DNA from: Phoronis australis
Taxonomy: Eukaryota; Animalia; Phoronida
Direction of reading: 5' to 3'
DNA length: 64,000 nucleotides
Assembly (NCBI GenBank): GCA_002633005.1
Contig: NMRA01000109.1
Coordinates: forward strand, 780,624-844,623
Each line of letters starts with the position of its first letter. Position 1 is the stretch's first letter. The notes under the pieces were generated by a model. It worked only from the letters and a program-made list of their open reading frames with translations. It searched no databases and was not told the DNA's origin. This document shows positions 49,501 through 61,500 of the stretch, one piece after another. The translations under genes were made by a program, and so were the position numbers.

Positions 49501-52500
49501 GCTGAAGGCAAGTCTTCATCGCTGTCCTTCTCATGGACAGAAGGAACTGGCGAGTCATCAGCGAAAGGAATCGGGGAGGAACCGTCTGCAAAGAAGAAGT
49601 CCTCAATATTGCTTTTGGGACGCAGATCACTGCTGGCTGGGGGGACCTCCTGTGGAGACTCTTTCACAGAATAAGATTGCTGCTGTTGCTGAAATCGATA
49701 CGTAACAGTAACACCCCCAGGACTGCTACCCTTAATAGGCGTTGATGATGCGACACAGGCACCAACAGCAGCGATATGTTCATTGTGAACAAGTGGTTTC
49801 TTACCTTCCTTGGTACCGAACAAGAAAGGATTCGCCAAAACTTCTACATGTTGGCTTTCATCTGTGACGAACACAGCTTCCTCACCTTCGTCTTCAGAGT
49901 CCGACTCCGACCCAGAGCTGGATGAAGAAGAGAATGACCTCTGTGCAGTGCCCAAACTGGCGTCAACACAAGACTGGGAGGGGGGTGGGGTAGTGGGCGT
50001 GGGTGCTTGAGTAGTGATGACTGGAGGGGGGAGGAATGTACTGAAAGTCATTGGTGGCTTCTCAGCAGGGGTGGTCTCCTCCACTTTGGTTATACTCTTC
50101 TCCTCTTTGGTGATGACGACCCTTTGCTTAATCTTCGTCTCAAATTGCGTCAAGACCTCATTTTCGTACGGAGGACTTACCGTGTCATCGGCACTGGAGT
50201 AGCTATCCTTTTTCGGCAGTTTATTTAATTTGACAAAGTCGAATCGCTGCCGCGGTGATTTCGGAGAGATGGAGGACACTGACGATGGAGAGACACCTGG
50301 AGACGACAGGCTGGAATCTCGTTTCACCTTATTGCTATCGGCTGGTGCTGGTACATTAGTTATGCTAGGTTGTGTAACGGGGGGAGCACGGAAAGTGGAG
50401 AACTCGCTGGCGGGTTTGGCAGGACTGACCTTACTTGTGTTGGTTATGGTTATAGTTGTTGTTGTCACCGACTCAACAGGTCGACGGTGAAGAACGTAAT
50501 CAATGTCATCCATGCTTTCTACATCTGCAGTTTTGTGAGTGCATAAAGGCTCAGTATCAATTTTTGTTTTGTGATCAATATCATTTTGCACACTCCCTTT
50601 GTTTAAGGTTTCAACTCCCAAATTATCAACTTCGGCATTATTTTTTGTGTCTTTGCTATTATTGTTTAAGCTAGTGTTTTTCCTATTCATCAACTCATCT
50701 TCGTCTATGTGCAGAACAGTGAGATGACCAGGGTTATCCTGGTCACGCTCACCATCGTCCACACTATGTTTAGCCTCAGCATTGTCATTTGCATTTTGAT
50801 TGGCCGACTGGACTGAGAGATCAAGATTTGTATCGTTCTCATTGGCTAACTGACCATCCGAATGCGACGACTTGTCTAACACGTGCACGTCAGCTACGGT
50901 TCTTCTGACCAGGCCGCCATCTGACTGGCTGCTGACAACACCAGCAGTTTGAGCTAAAGCAACACTACCTGAATGGGAGCTGTCGCTGTGCACCTCCACC
51001 GTTTCGATCCGCGACGATGGCTGTTGTGCCGCACCGTCGTCGTGAGGGCGATCGTCAAGAATGTGTGAGCCACTGGAAAGACTGCGCTGACTGGCATTAG
51101 CCGAGTTGAGTGTAGCCGATCTGTTGGACTTAGCACCAATACTACGACTTGATACTCGGACACTGGTAGTCCTACAACAAAACACATTGGATGAGTCACC
51201 AGTCAAACTAGGCCAGCAAAACAGATGAATTTACAGCGCCTGTCCTCGCCGTTACACAAAAAGACCCTGATTTCCCCTTATATTGAACTCTACCAAGACA
51301 GAGATTCTATAGCACTTTTCTCAAAACAGAGGGGGGATTTTGTGAGATCACCTATTAGGCCAAATCAATTGAGCAAGTCTACAGTATTTTTGCTTGCAAC
51401 AGAGAACACAAGAAGCCATGAATCAGACTTTTGATTAATAGCTATGGACTGAACAACAAATAAGTCAGCCTCAAATAAACTTGATTAAGTTGACTATGAA
51501 ACGTTGACAAGTAAGTCTTACACTACGTGTATTGGGAACGGATTTTATGAACACGTTTTTCATCTATGTTACACAGGCTAAAGGAACAAATTGACAATTT
51601 AAGCAATAAAAAAACTAAAAAAACTTGTCCAACACTAAAAGTTCTACCGCAGATTTAAAAACAGCATATGGCAAGTCTACCGGACAATGCTGATGGACAT
51701 AACATTTGGTTATCAAAATTTCAGCTTAATGAATAAGAACACGACTAACTCTTGTGCAAAATATAAATTAAGCTTCCAAGCAAGGCGCAAATTTCATTGT
51801 TACAAGACACATTCGAAATAGCGGTTAGCAATGGTGTCAGCTGATACCAAACTTGATACAAAAAGAGACAATAATTATAGAATACGCCAAAACTAATCAA
51901 ACAAAATTCCGTGATTACGCCAATTCCCGCAATGCTAACATAGCAAATTTGAAGTGCTCTCAGTTGTCACGGAAAGAATTCTCAGGCCATTTCGTCTTAC
52001 TACTTTTGGCGTGTTCTGCAGAGTAGTGACACCATGTGGCTATCAGTAGGAGACAACACCAACGAGACTTCAGATCAGAGACAGGACTGAATGATTACAA
52101 CAGCTGACAACAGAAGGTGTTCAAAGCAGTAGATTCATAACCAGACTTGTGACAACAGACAAGCTTTGCCAAGAAGAGCCCACAATCCCATGTGAAGTCT
52201 TTTAAGAACTAAGGCCAAGCCAACTAACTAAATAACAACGTGAGGCAGTCACAAACACTAAGAATTTAGTTACAGGGACAACTGGTCCCTTTGGGCGAGA
52301 TTGTCTTTACTATAACACAGTTATTTCACCAACAGATAAGACCAACTTCTCGCGAGCAACAGGCCTCCCTTTAATACTGCAATGGTTCATTCTTGCCAGA
52401 GTAGCCTGGATCAGACCAACGGTCTCCCAATTTTGCCAATCTCGCAGCTTAGCAACCACTTCAATTCGAGAGAAAAAAAATTGTAACTGATTAGGCATAG

Positions 52501-55500
52501 ATCAGACTTAGGAGTAAAAAGCTTTTGTGGCAAACAGGGATCTGAGTTGAACTACACAGCCAAAGCTGTACTGTGTTCTAGACAGTTGTGAAAGCAAACA
52601 AATTCACACTGTATAATTGCTTTAAAAATGAATGAAATTTCACAAAGCTGAGAATGACAGCTGTAGATTTGTCAACAAGAGTCACGTGACCACCTGCTGG
52701 TGCTTGTGAAAGTCTCGCGTTGTCAACAGAATGGTAGTCCGCACAACACACAAAAAAGAAACAATTCCCATTCCTTTACTCACTTTCTATAAGTTGGTGA
52801 ATTGCATGAACAAGAAACGCAGAAATTAGTTAGTGAAAACCCATAAAGTCATAAAAAAGAAACACCGAGCGTGGAAAGCCCAAAATTCTCCGACAAATTT
52901 TCATTCTCCAAACACACAACTTGGAAAGCCAGGCAAGACCGATCTTCAGTCAATCAACGATGCAGGAACCAAGTCACAAAACAACATTCAGCTCAGCCTT
53001 AACAGAGAAGGCATACAAACAAACAAAACAACAACTGAAGTTTATAAGATGATGTCGAAGAATTTTGGGCAGTCTGTCATGAAACAAACTATGTACATTA
53101 TATGTTAGCTGAATAACTGAGACACATCCCATCCTGAAAATTTAGTGCTACTTCAACCTTACACTGCTATCACACACAATTGTCAGGTGCAAATCAGTTT
53201 AAGCTATTGGGCTTGTTTCAGGGTTATTTAAGCGCACCCCGTAATTGGAACATAATTTACGTGTTTTCTTTCGCCAGGTAAAGATTTGAATACCTCCTAC
53301 ACAAACAGAAAATTGTGCCAACTTATAGTGAGGTGGGTCAAATGCGCCATACTTAATATTCATAAAATCTTATAATGCATACAAAAATATACAAAAGCAA
53401 ATTTGTTTTTTGCTTGAAGAAGAGCATCATATCATATAGTGCTATACAAAGAGCATCAACTCAAATAAACAATAATGACGAAAACGAAATAAGCAAATCA
53501 TAACAATATGCTATGAAAGTCGACAGTTTAGTTCGACAGCAACAAAGTTTTTGTAGTTGTAAACTCTAATGAAACCATTGGCTGCTGAATAAAACTAGAC
53601 TTTGAAACAATACTTAAAGCCATACGATATAAAAGGTGAGCTTATATTAGTAGAACATTGACATTACAGACAAGTGACACGGCATTCAACATATCACAAT
53701 ATACGATCCTTAATGAAGAGTGATAGTGAATATGGAAACATACCTTTCAAAACCAGGTCTGCGCACAAAGTTTTCCCTTACGTGGTCCGTTAACTGTTTC
53801 TGTGTACGTCCACTGTAGCTATAGTAAGCAGGGGAGATAATTATGACATTAGGACATTTTATCTTTTAAGCAAGACGGAGCGTTGCACTCCAGTTACCAT
53901 TAACCATATTCTCACATTGTCAGCATTAAACCTGAGTAAACAGTAAGTGTTGAGATCTTTCAGTGCATGATGTATATGTCAATGCCACCAAACCACAAAA
54001 AGTGATCATGGTAAATGACCACAATTTCAATAATGCTTTACAAGACATTGTTTCTGCAGACACACACTATGAGACGTGCCAAGTCTCACGCATCTCGCGA
54101 GAGTCTCACGCATTTGGCCACTGCCTCACGCACTCACGCGAGCCTTACGCTATCTCACGCAAAATGAATTCTTTGGTTGTAAAATTTCAAAAACCTAGCT
54201 TTCTTCGCTTATGAAATGGTTTTTTATTAATGTAATACAACTAGTTAAGTATTATATTTTAGGATATATTAAGTTTGATAGTTAGTGAAGATATCGCCAG
54301 TAACCTCAAGCAAAATTTGAGCAAATTTGTCCAATCTCAAGCAAAATTTCGAGGAACCTCCAGCAAAGTTGTTATACCCCCTTGGCAGGTCTGCACTATG
54401 CACATAATTTCAATATATCTATTAATGCACAAGCTGTAGGAAGCTTAATTGAGGTGTATCAATGTTAAGAAGGAACAGGGATACAATATACACATGGCAA
54501 CAAGACATTTAAGTTATTCAAGTGTATACATTAATAGAAAAATTACAGTTACTAGTAGATCAGTGTCACTGATGCTTGACCAAGTTAAGCAGATGTCTGA
54601 TTGACATTTGACATCGTGTCACTATTACATCGTATAAGTTTAGGATGATGATTTGATGAGGTCGCCACAGAAAAACGGTCACGTTGTCTGCGATTGTTAA
54701 TGGGTTATTGGGAGCGTAGGACAGATGTTAGCGTCAAATTTGACTAATAATTACAACTGATCATACATCAAGATAGATCTTGATCAGCAGGATAGGCTGA
54801 GCATTGTTCGATGTGTGACAGCATTAGTTTCATTTCCCCCTTTTCAAGATCACCTTCAAATGCTATTCTGTTATTATCAGCTTAGGATGACGTCTTGAAT
54901 AAATCTATTTTGACAGAGCTTTAGACCTTCTCTTGAGAGAATATAACAGCATAATTTCAAAGCAGAAAGAAACCACAAGAGGGCGTTAGGGACTTACACG
55001 TGATGTCACACCACAACATATTCAACTAACACGCCGAGAAAATGTTCATATGCTCAAAATTTCCAACGAATTACTTCACAAGGGATAAACAGCAAGCAGA
55101 CAACTCCCGTATTACAGCCAACGTCGAAAATTTCCAAATGCCCTCAATTATAAAACGACCAGAAGACATAATACAGGTTGCTGTATAAAGTTTTCACACA
55201 ATAACGATTGTACGTAAAGGCATTGAAGTCACAAATTCGAATCAAAGCCAGTATTCTTAAAGTAATCATCAACTTTGCTTGTTTTGCTTCAAGTCCACCA
55301 TTAACATTACCAGCCTATAGATTGCCATTCAAAACATTTCTATCCAACTCACGCTTCGAAGGAAGATCTGCAAAGCAATGACCTCTTACAGAACATGACT
55401 GAAATTGACATTCTGACAAACAAACTGTGGATTAAAGCAAATCAAATCACCAACCGGAAAGACGATCCACGACTAATGACCCTGGTCTTGTTCCGTGGTG

Positions 55501-58500
55501 CTCTCTTGATGCTAGCACAGCGGAAGAAAGCGTGGTGCTCGATGCATTTCTTCCAGAACGCCTTGCAGTCGTCTCGCGTATCAAAGAAGAAGTCAACAGT
55601 GTCCTTGTAGTAGTCCTGTAAAGACGACTGACACATCAGTGAAGCAACGCTAAACGAGATTTTCGCAAAGCAACAGTGATAAGTCACATGTGACCCACAA
55701 CTACTAATACCACTCGGCCAATCAGCTAAGTTCAACTTCCCATTACTCAAATAACATCAATTGGATCGGACTTACACAGGTTTAGCATACTTGTGTATAC
55801 GGCATAGGGAGCCAGAGGAGTGCTCACGCACGTCACTTGCTTTGCAAGAAAGTTTATTAGGGTCAAACATAGCGAGATACAAATACCCAGTCTATGCAAC
55901 TGATCAATTTTGCTTCAGGAAAGATTCATGTTTCACGTTTACACTTCAACACACAGACATGCCTCCCGTTGACATTTTTCTTAGTCAAACAAGGAACACA
56001 TGCAGAAGACACATACTTGATGTAATCACGTAATTACGTTTCATTTAATTATGAAATTTTCAATAATTTGCATTTCATTTAAATTTGTAATTTTCAATAC
56101 ACTTAGTTGTACCTAGCAAACAGGAGATAAATGTCTCAGTGAACGATTAGATAATGAAATGTTACTGGATTTCTTTGATGAAAAACAGAATTTGAAACGA
56201 TAGCAAACAAATATCCAAGGTAATGTAAATGTTAAGAAATATATCAAATAACCGCTTCAATAAAATGATTCGTAATGCACGATGCAAAATCTAGAACTAA
56301 AACAACCAAAAGCACTAAGATAACGAATGCTTAAGTAAAAGTAGACAAAAAAACATCAACAGAATAAGCAACTCTGTAGACAAAATGGCCAACATTTACA
56401 CAAGAAACGAACATCACATGTACTACCTAGGGCACAAGTTGGTGACTCAAACTACAAAATAGAATCCCAACTATAGGCATCTGTTGTTTTTAACATAAAA
56501 GTCAAGTTAGCGACACACACACGCAAGAACTTGTAAAAAGAGGAGCGAAAAGATATTCAACTTATTAGACTTGAAATACACGCAAAAGATTCTCAGAATC
56601 CAAAAAAAGTAACTAAGACAATAGTGTAGGATTTAAACGACCTTGAAAAAACGTGCAAACAAACAAAAAAAATAACCCAATGCTATCTCATACCTCCCTC
56701 TATTAAGCCAGTTAGGAGCGGGTCAAAAAAGAAAAAAATGAAATCGGTCAACCAAAACAAACAACAACCAAACCATAAAGGAACGTTAAAATTGCTGCTC
56801 AAAATTCAACAAATCATGGCCTTGCACTGTTGATCTATTATCAACTTCTAATCAGTGTACTACCACTGTGGTAGAAAACAAATCACTGATAACCACAAAA
56901 TTTGCCACTGTCCATTTGCAATAGTGTCCCATTGCATAACATCTTGCATTTAAACACTTCACCACCGACAATTAGAGAGTCAAGGTGTTAAGATAAAGAC
57001 AAAACAGGCTCATGAATATCTAAAGACCAAAATTAAAGAAAATGCCGAGTCTATTGGCCTGACAAATGAATATTGAAAGAAGAAACCAATCAAAAATATG
57101 CTAACAGGAACAGAACACATTAAATACACACACCTGAACGAGGGAACTACAAGAGGGGTAATAATGTCGAAGGATTTGACGTTATGTTTAAGTCTACCAC
57201 AGTCACATCACTCAGATACTTTGGTAGTTTGAATAGAAAGACCAAAAGGTCCACCTAATTTTACTGTATGTTTTACCAAAAAAACTGCAGAGTGCAGAAA
57301 AAAAATCTATGAATAAATGTATGCAATGTACGAATGCCTATTTCGATGAAATTTAAGAACGACAATCATCTTTCATCTAGCTGCAAAAGCTGTTTGACAG
57401 TGATCCATCCACAGGACACTTATTTATTGAAGATAATCTTGGATTAAATAGTGCCTACTAGCTGAGCTTCTTTGGCAGGATGCACATACTTGATAAAGCA
57501 GACAGCTACATAAATATGCAAGAATGGATGGTACTGTCTGTTGTAAATACAAAAATGAGCTTGATTTACAGCCACACTTATGAGTGGATGACGTAATGAC
57601 AGCTGAAGTGCCACCTAAAGGAAAATATATTACCTACTTTTTCTGTCTTATGTGTGTAGAACTATACCAGTCAAACTTCTTGAGAATGACCTTTTTAATG
57701 CCAGTTTGCATTAAAGTCAGAGATTAGGCCAAAAAAGAAAAGCATAGTTGGTTCTTTTTTTGAAAATTAGGTGAGTGGTTTGGTTATTTTTTTATTTCAC
57801 GTTTTCAAAAACTAAAATCCATGTGAGACAAGCACAAATGACATGGTATTTTGGATTTTTACACATCGCTTGGCAAATCAATAAGTTTCAAACCTTGCTT
57901 AAGTGTCTTAACACAGCTTTTCAACAAAAACCCAAGACCCTAGGTGCAATTGACGCGTTTTTGATTTCTTTTTTAGTCCGTGAGCGCAGGTCTGAAAATG
58001 AGTGGAGAACAGACCAGAACCAACTATGCATTTTTGGTCTTACAAAATGCATCATCATTTTCCATTTCCACTCAAGAAGAGCAGAAACTTACATCATTTA
58101 TTTCATCAAATGTCTGGAAGACATCAACAATAATTGGTGACTTGAAGCGAAATTCCCCAAATAAAACAGATTTTATTGTTCTATAGCCACCCAACAATAA
58201 CCCCAAAAATGCATTTTTTGGCCATGAATCCAAAAATTTCCCTAACTTTATAATGTGCAGACTTACATAGCCCTCGGGGTGAAGCTTGATGAGGAATCGT
58301 TTCCGCTTGAAACTCAGCTTTCTAATCTTGGCCCAGGAGAATGTGTTGATCTTGGTGTTATTCTGGAACACCAGCACCCCCATGTGGGCAACGGACAAGT
58401 AAAGCGGCACACCCTCGTGGTCCTGGGAATAGGATAAGAAACATGATCACATGAAGTGTAATTATGGTCCAGGCATGGTCAATGAATGCAGTAAAATGAA

Positions 58501-61500
58501 AATATATCTAATGAAAATTACCACATTGAAGCATTTCGCTGCTTGGATGGCTAAAATTGAAAACCGAATTTTTTACTCTCAAAAGAAAAACATAACATTC
58601 CTTACTGTGGTAGGATTTTACTTGTTACCAACACGAACATTGAAACCACCAACAACTCAAGAAAGGATTCAGATTTTGTTTTTAGTCAGTTAAACAGGGA
58701 GAAATACAGCTTTAAAAAATCCACAAATTTGGTTGTATTAAATATTAAGCAGCACTCACAAATTTGCATGACTGAACACTGGACCGAGTGGAACACAGAC
58801 TGCTTAGATTGTTTCTATGCCCAGTATGCCGCAGTAAATATTTTGAAACAGAATGTTAACAGTGGTGGCATCTAGTACCACCAGACACGTGCTGCCACCA
58901 TGTGATACCATCTAGCAGAAAAAGCAACACTATAGATTTTCGACAACACAGTTGAAAAATCCACCATAGGGGGTCTTTCAGAATCATTTTGCAAGCCCAC
59001 TACTGCATGGCCTCTTCAGAAATCCCAGGTACATATTACACACTGGATTCAAGACATGTTGTAATTCAGTGAACTACATAAGATCTCACCCTGGCTGGAT
59101 GTAACACAACACCGTACGTCTCCACTTTTCTAGCTGTGTCCAGCAGCAAGTAGTCAGCATCGGCAGGAGTATGGCCTCTGCAAGCAACAGACATTATTGC
59201 TGTACCAAGATTACTTGTAAGGTTGAAATTGTATCTTCAATCTTCAAGAATATTATTCACAATGAAAAAGAAGAATCTATGCTTTCCACTGTTCTTGGGG
59301 TATTTCTTCAAGTATCTAGCCCACATCATGGTGGACAAGTGAAATTATGAATTGTCAAGTTCTGTCAACAAAAAATAAAGATCAAGGCAACTTTATTCAA
59401 TTATTAGCTTGATTTTACTGCATAGAATTAATTATTCAACATCCAATAAAGTTTTTGTTATTTGCAACGAAGTAATCAGTCTTTGAAAAAAAGAAAAATT
59501 TACAGCTAACTTTTTGAGCGAAATGATGAGATTTATCCAAACAATATAATGGAAATTGACTTCAAAGCTGTGCACACTTAGTCTCAGTACTAATTCACAT
59601 TAGAAAATCACCCAAAGAAAAAAATTAATTTATAAATGATTCCAACCATTGTGACATCTATCTTCTTCCCATCCAAAAAAAGATATCTCTCACGAAATCA
59701 ATTGTACGAATTGGCTTACTCAACTTCTTCTCAATCGACACACTGAACATGTATTCAAACTACATCTGGCCAATTACAGCCTCTTCAGCTAACGTATCTG
59801 AGGGCCATGTCCCATCCAACTCGTTCTCAGTACGTACGAGCTCGTCTTTAATGTCTCGATGAAATACGGCCTAGGAATTGGCAGAAATAGTCAACATTTG
59901 TCCCTGAATCTAACACCATTAACGAGGTCCTTAGTCAGACTGTGCAATACTTCATCCGTTACAAATCCATGTTTTTTATGTTTTCAAGACTGTTCTGCTA
60001 ACTCTGTGTCACTTACATTAAATTTTTATGGTGCTCCGCAATCTTTTCCTCCATCTCATTCGACTGATTCGGCACGAACCGTATTGACGACAGGTAGGTG
60101 TAGTCAGTGAACTCCTCATAGTTGTAGTCACCAATCTCCGCCTGGGCAATGTAGGCAGACAGCAGAGCAGCCGTGTTCATATTGCAGGGCATTGAGCCGG
60201 AGGCCAAGTCACGTTTCACCTGCAAAGCAAACAGGTACCTGCAACAAAAGAATGATTCTACAACAAGTTGTATTAACTAGAGAATAAAAGATTTCAAAAC
60301 AAGTGGGTTACAGTCCCTCACTAAAACCAGGTTTCTTTAAGATGTGAAATGGACAGAACCATTTGGCAAGCAATTCATTGGAAGAAAACGGTTCTCTTTT
60401 GTAAGTGACTATTGCCCGATTAAAAGTACCTCTTTACAAGTAGGTATGGAGTTAAATTAAGTAGGCGTAACATTTTTTCCCATTTGAATAGATAAAAACA
60501 TCGCAGGCAGTTAATGTGAAATTGCATCAGACATGTGCAGGCCACAGAGGTCGGGTCCATTGCACAAAACACCTGATCAAAACTCACGACAATCTTCCTA
60601 TGTGCATAGTAAAATCTCACGAATTTAAGACACCTAATGGCAGACAGGTGTTTTCTCTCATTTTTTCAGGAATGATACACAGTACCAGAATGATGCTGTG
60701 CCATATTTAAGTTATGTACCATAGCTACAAAGAGACAATATTTTGAGAAGTTGTATGTATATGCAATAATGTTGGAAGCCATTGAAAAAAGAAAAAATGC
60801 ACTTTTGGCAATTACTTTTGTCCAAAATTCATGATATCTTACTGTTAATAAGCTGTTCTTGAGAGAGGATGCAGAAGTCCAGAAGTCCCTAGTCATGTAG
60901 GCCAAATCCTTCTCCAAATAAAGTTTGGCATTTCTAACTAATGTGTACAGCTAACACCCCCCCCCCCCCAACCAGTAGGTTCCACTGTCAGGTCATCTAC
61001 TTAACCCCCAATACTTAAGCCCACAAAGTAGGACCTAGAGGTTCCCTATATCAACTCCAGTCACTTCACAATCACCCTCCCCAGTGATTTCCCAGATCAA
61101 CAGTTCACATCAAGATAGCTTCCAGACACTGCAATCAAAGTCCTTGGGAGGAGCATTTGAGGAGACTAAGGCCCATAGACAGTTAATCCACATTCCTGTC
61201 TTTCATGTGTAGCATTTAATCACAGTTAAATTCAAAACATAAATACAAAAGATACATAATAAAAGATATACAAAATCACCAGGTATTGTACACATGGAGA
61301 TTCAAACTGTTCAAGTATCATAATGCTTCACTTACTGAGCACATACTACGGTGGCCAAAGAAAAATTTTATCCTGTCAAATTTCTCCACATAAGAAAAGA
61401 TTAATAACATATTAGTTTAATACAAATATAATTGACAGAGTGTAACTGTCATAATACAACATTATGCAGCAAAACAATCAGCCTTTGAGAAATACAAAAA

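Noticed and set aside
50175-50183. Perfect ACG|GTAAGT donor inside the giant exon as the long-isoform donor
   Set aside because: Phase 0, incompatible with the phase-1 acceptor at 43605; usable only by skipping to the phase-0 DH exon at 39240, for which I have no evidence.
49088-50674. Cluster of plus-strand ORFs opposite the giant exon
   Set aside because: Antisense shadows of a GC-richer coding exon; no splice or domain support.
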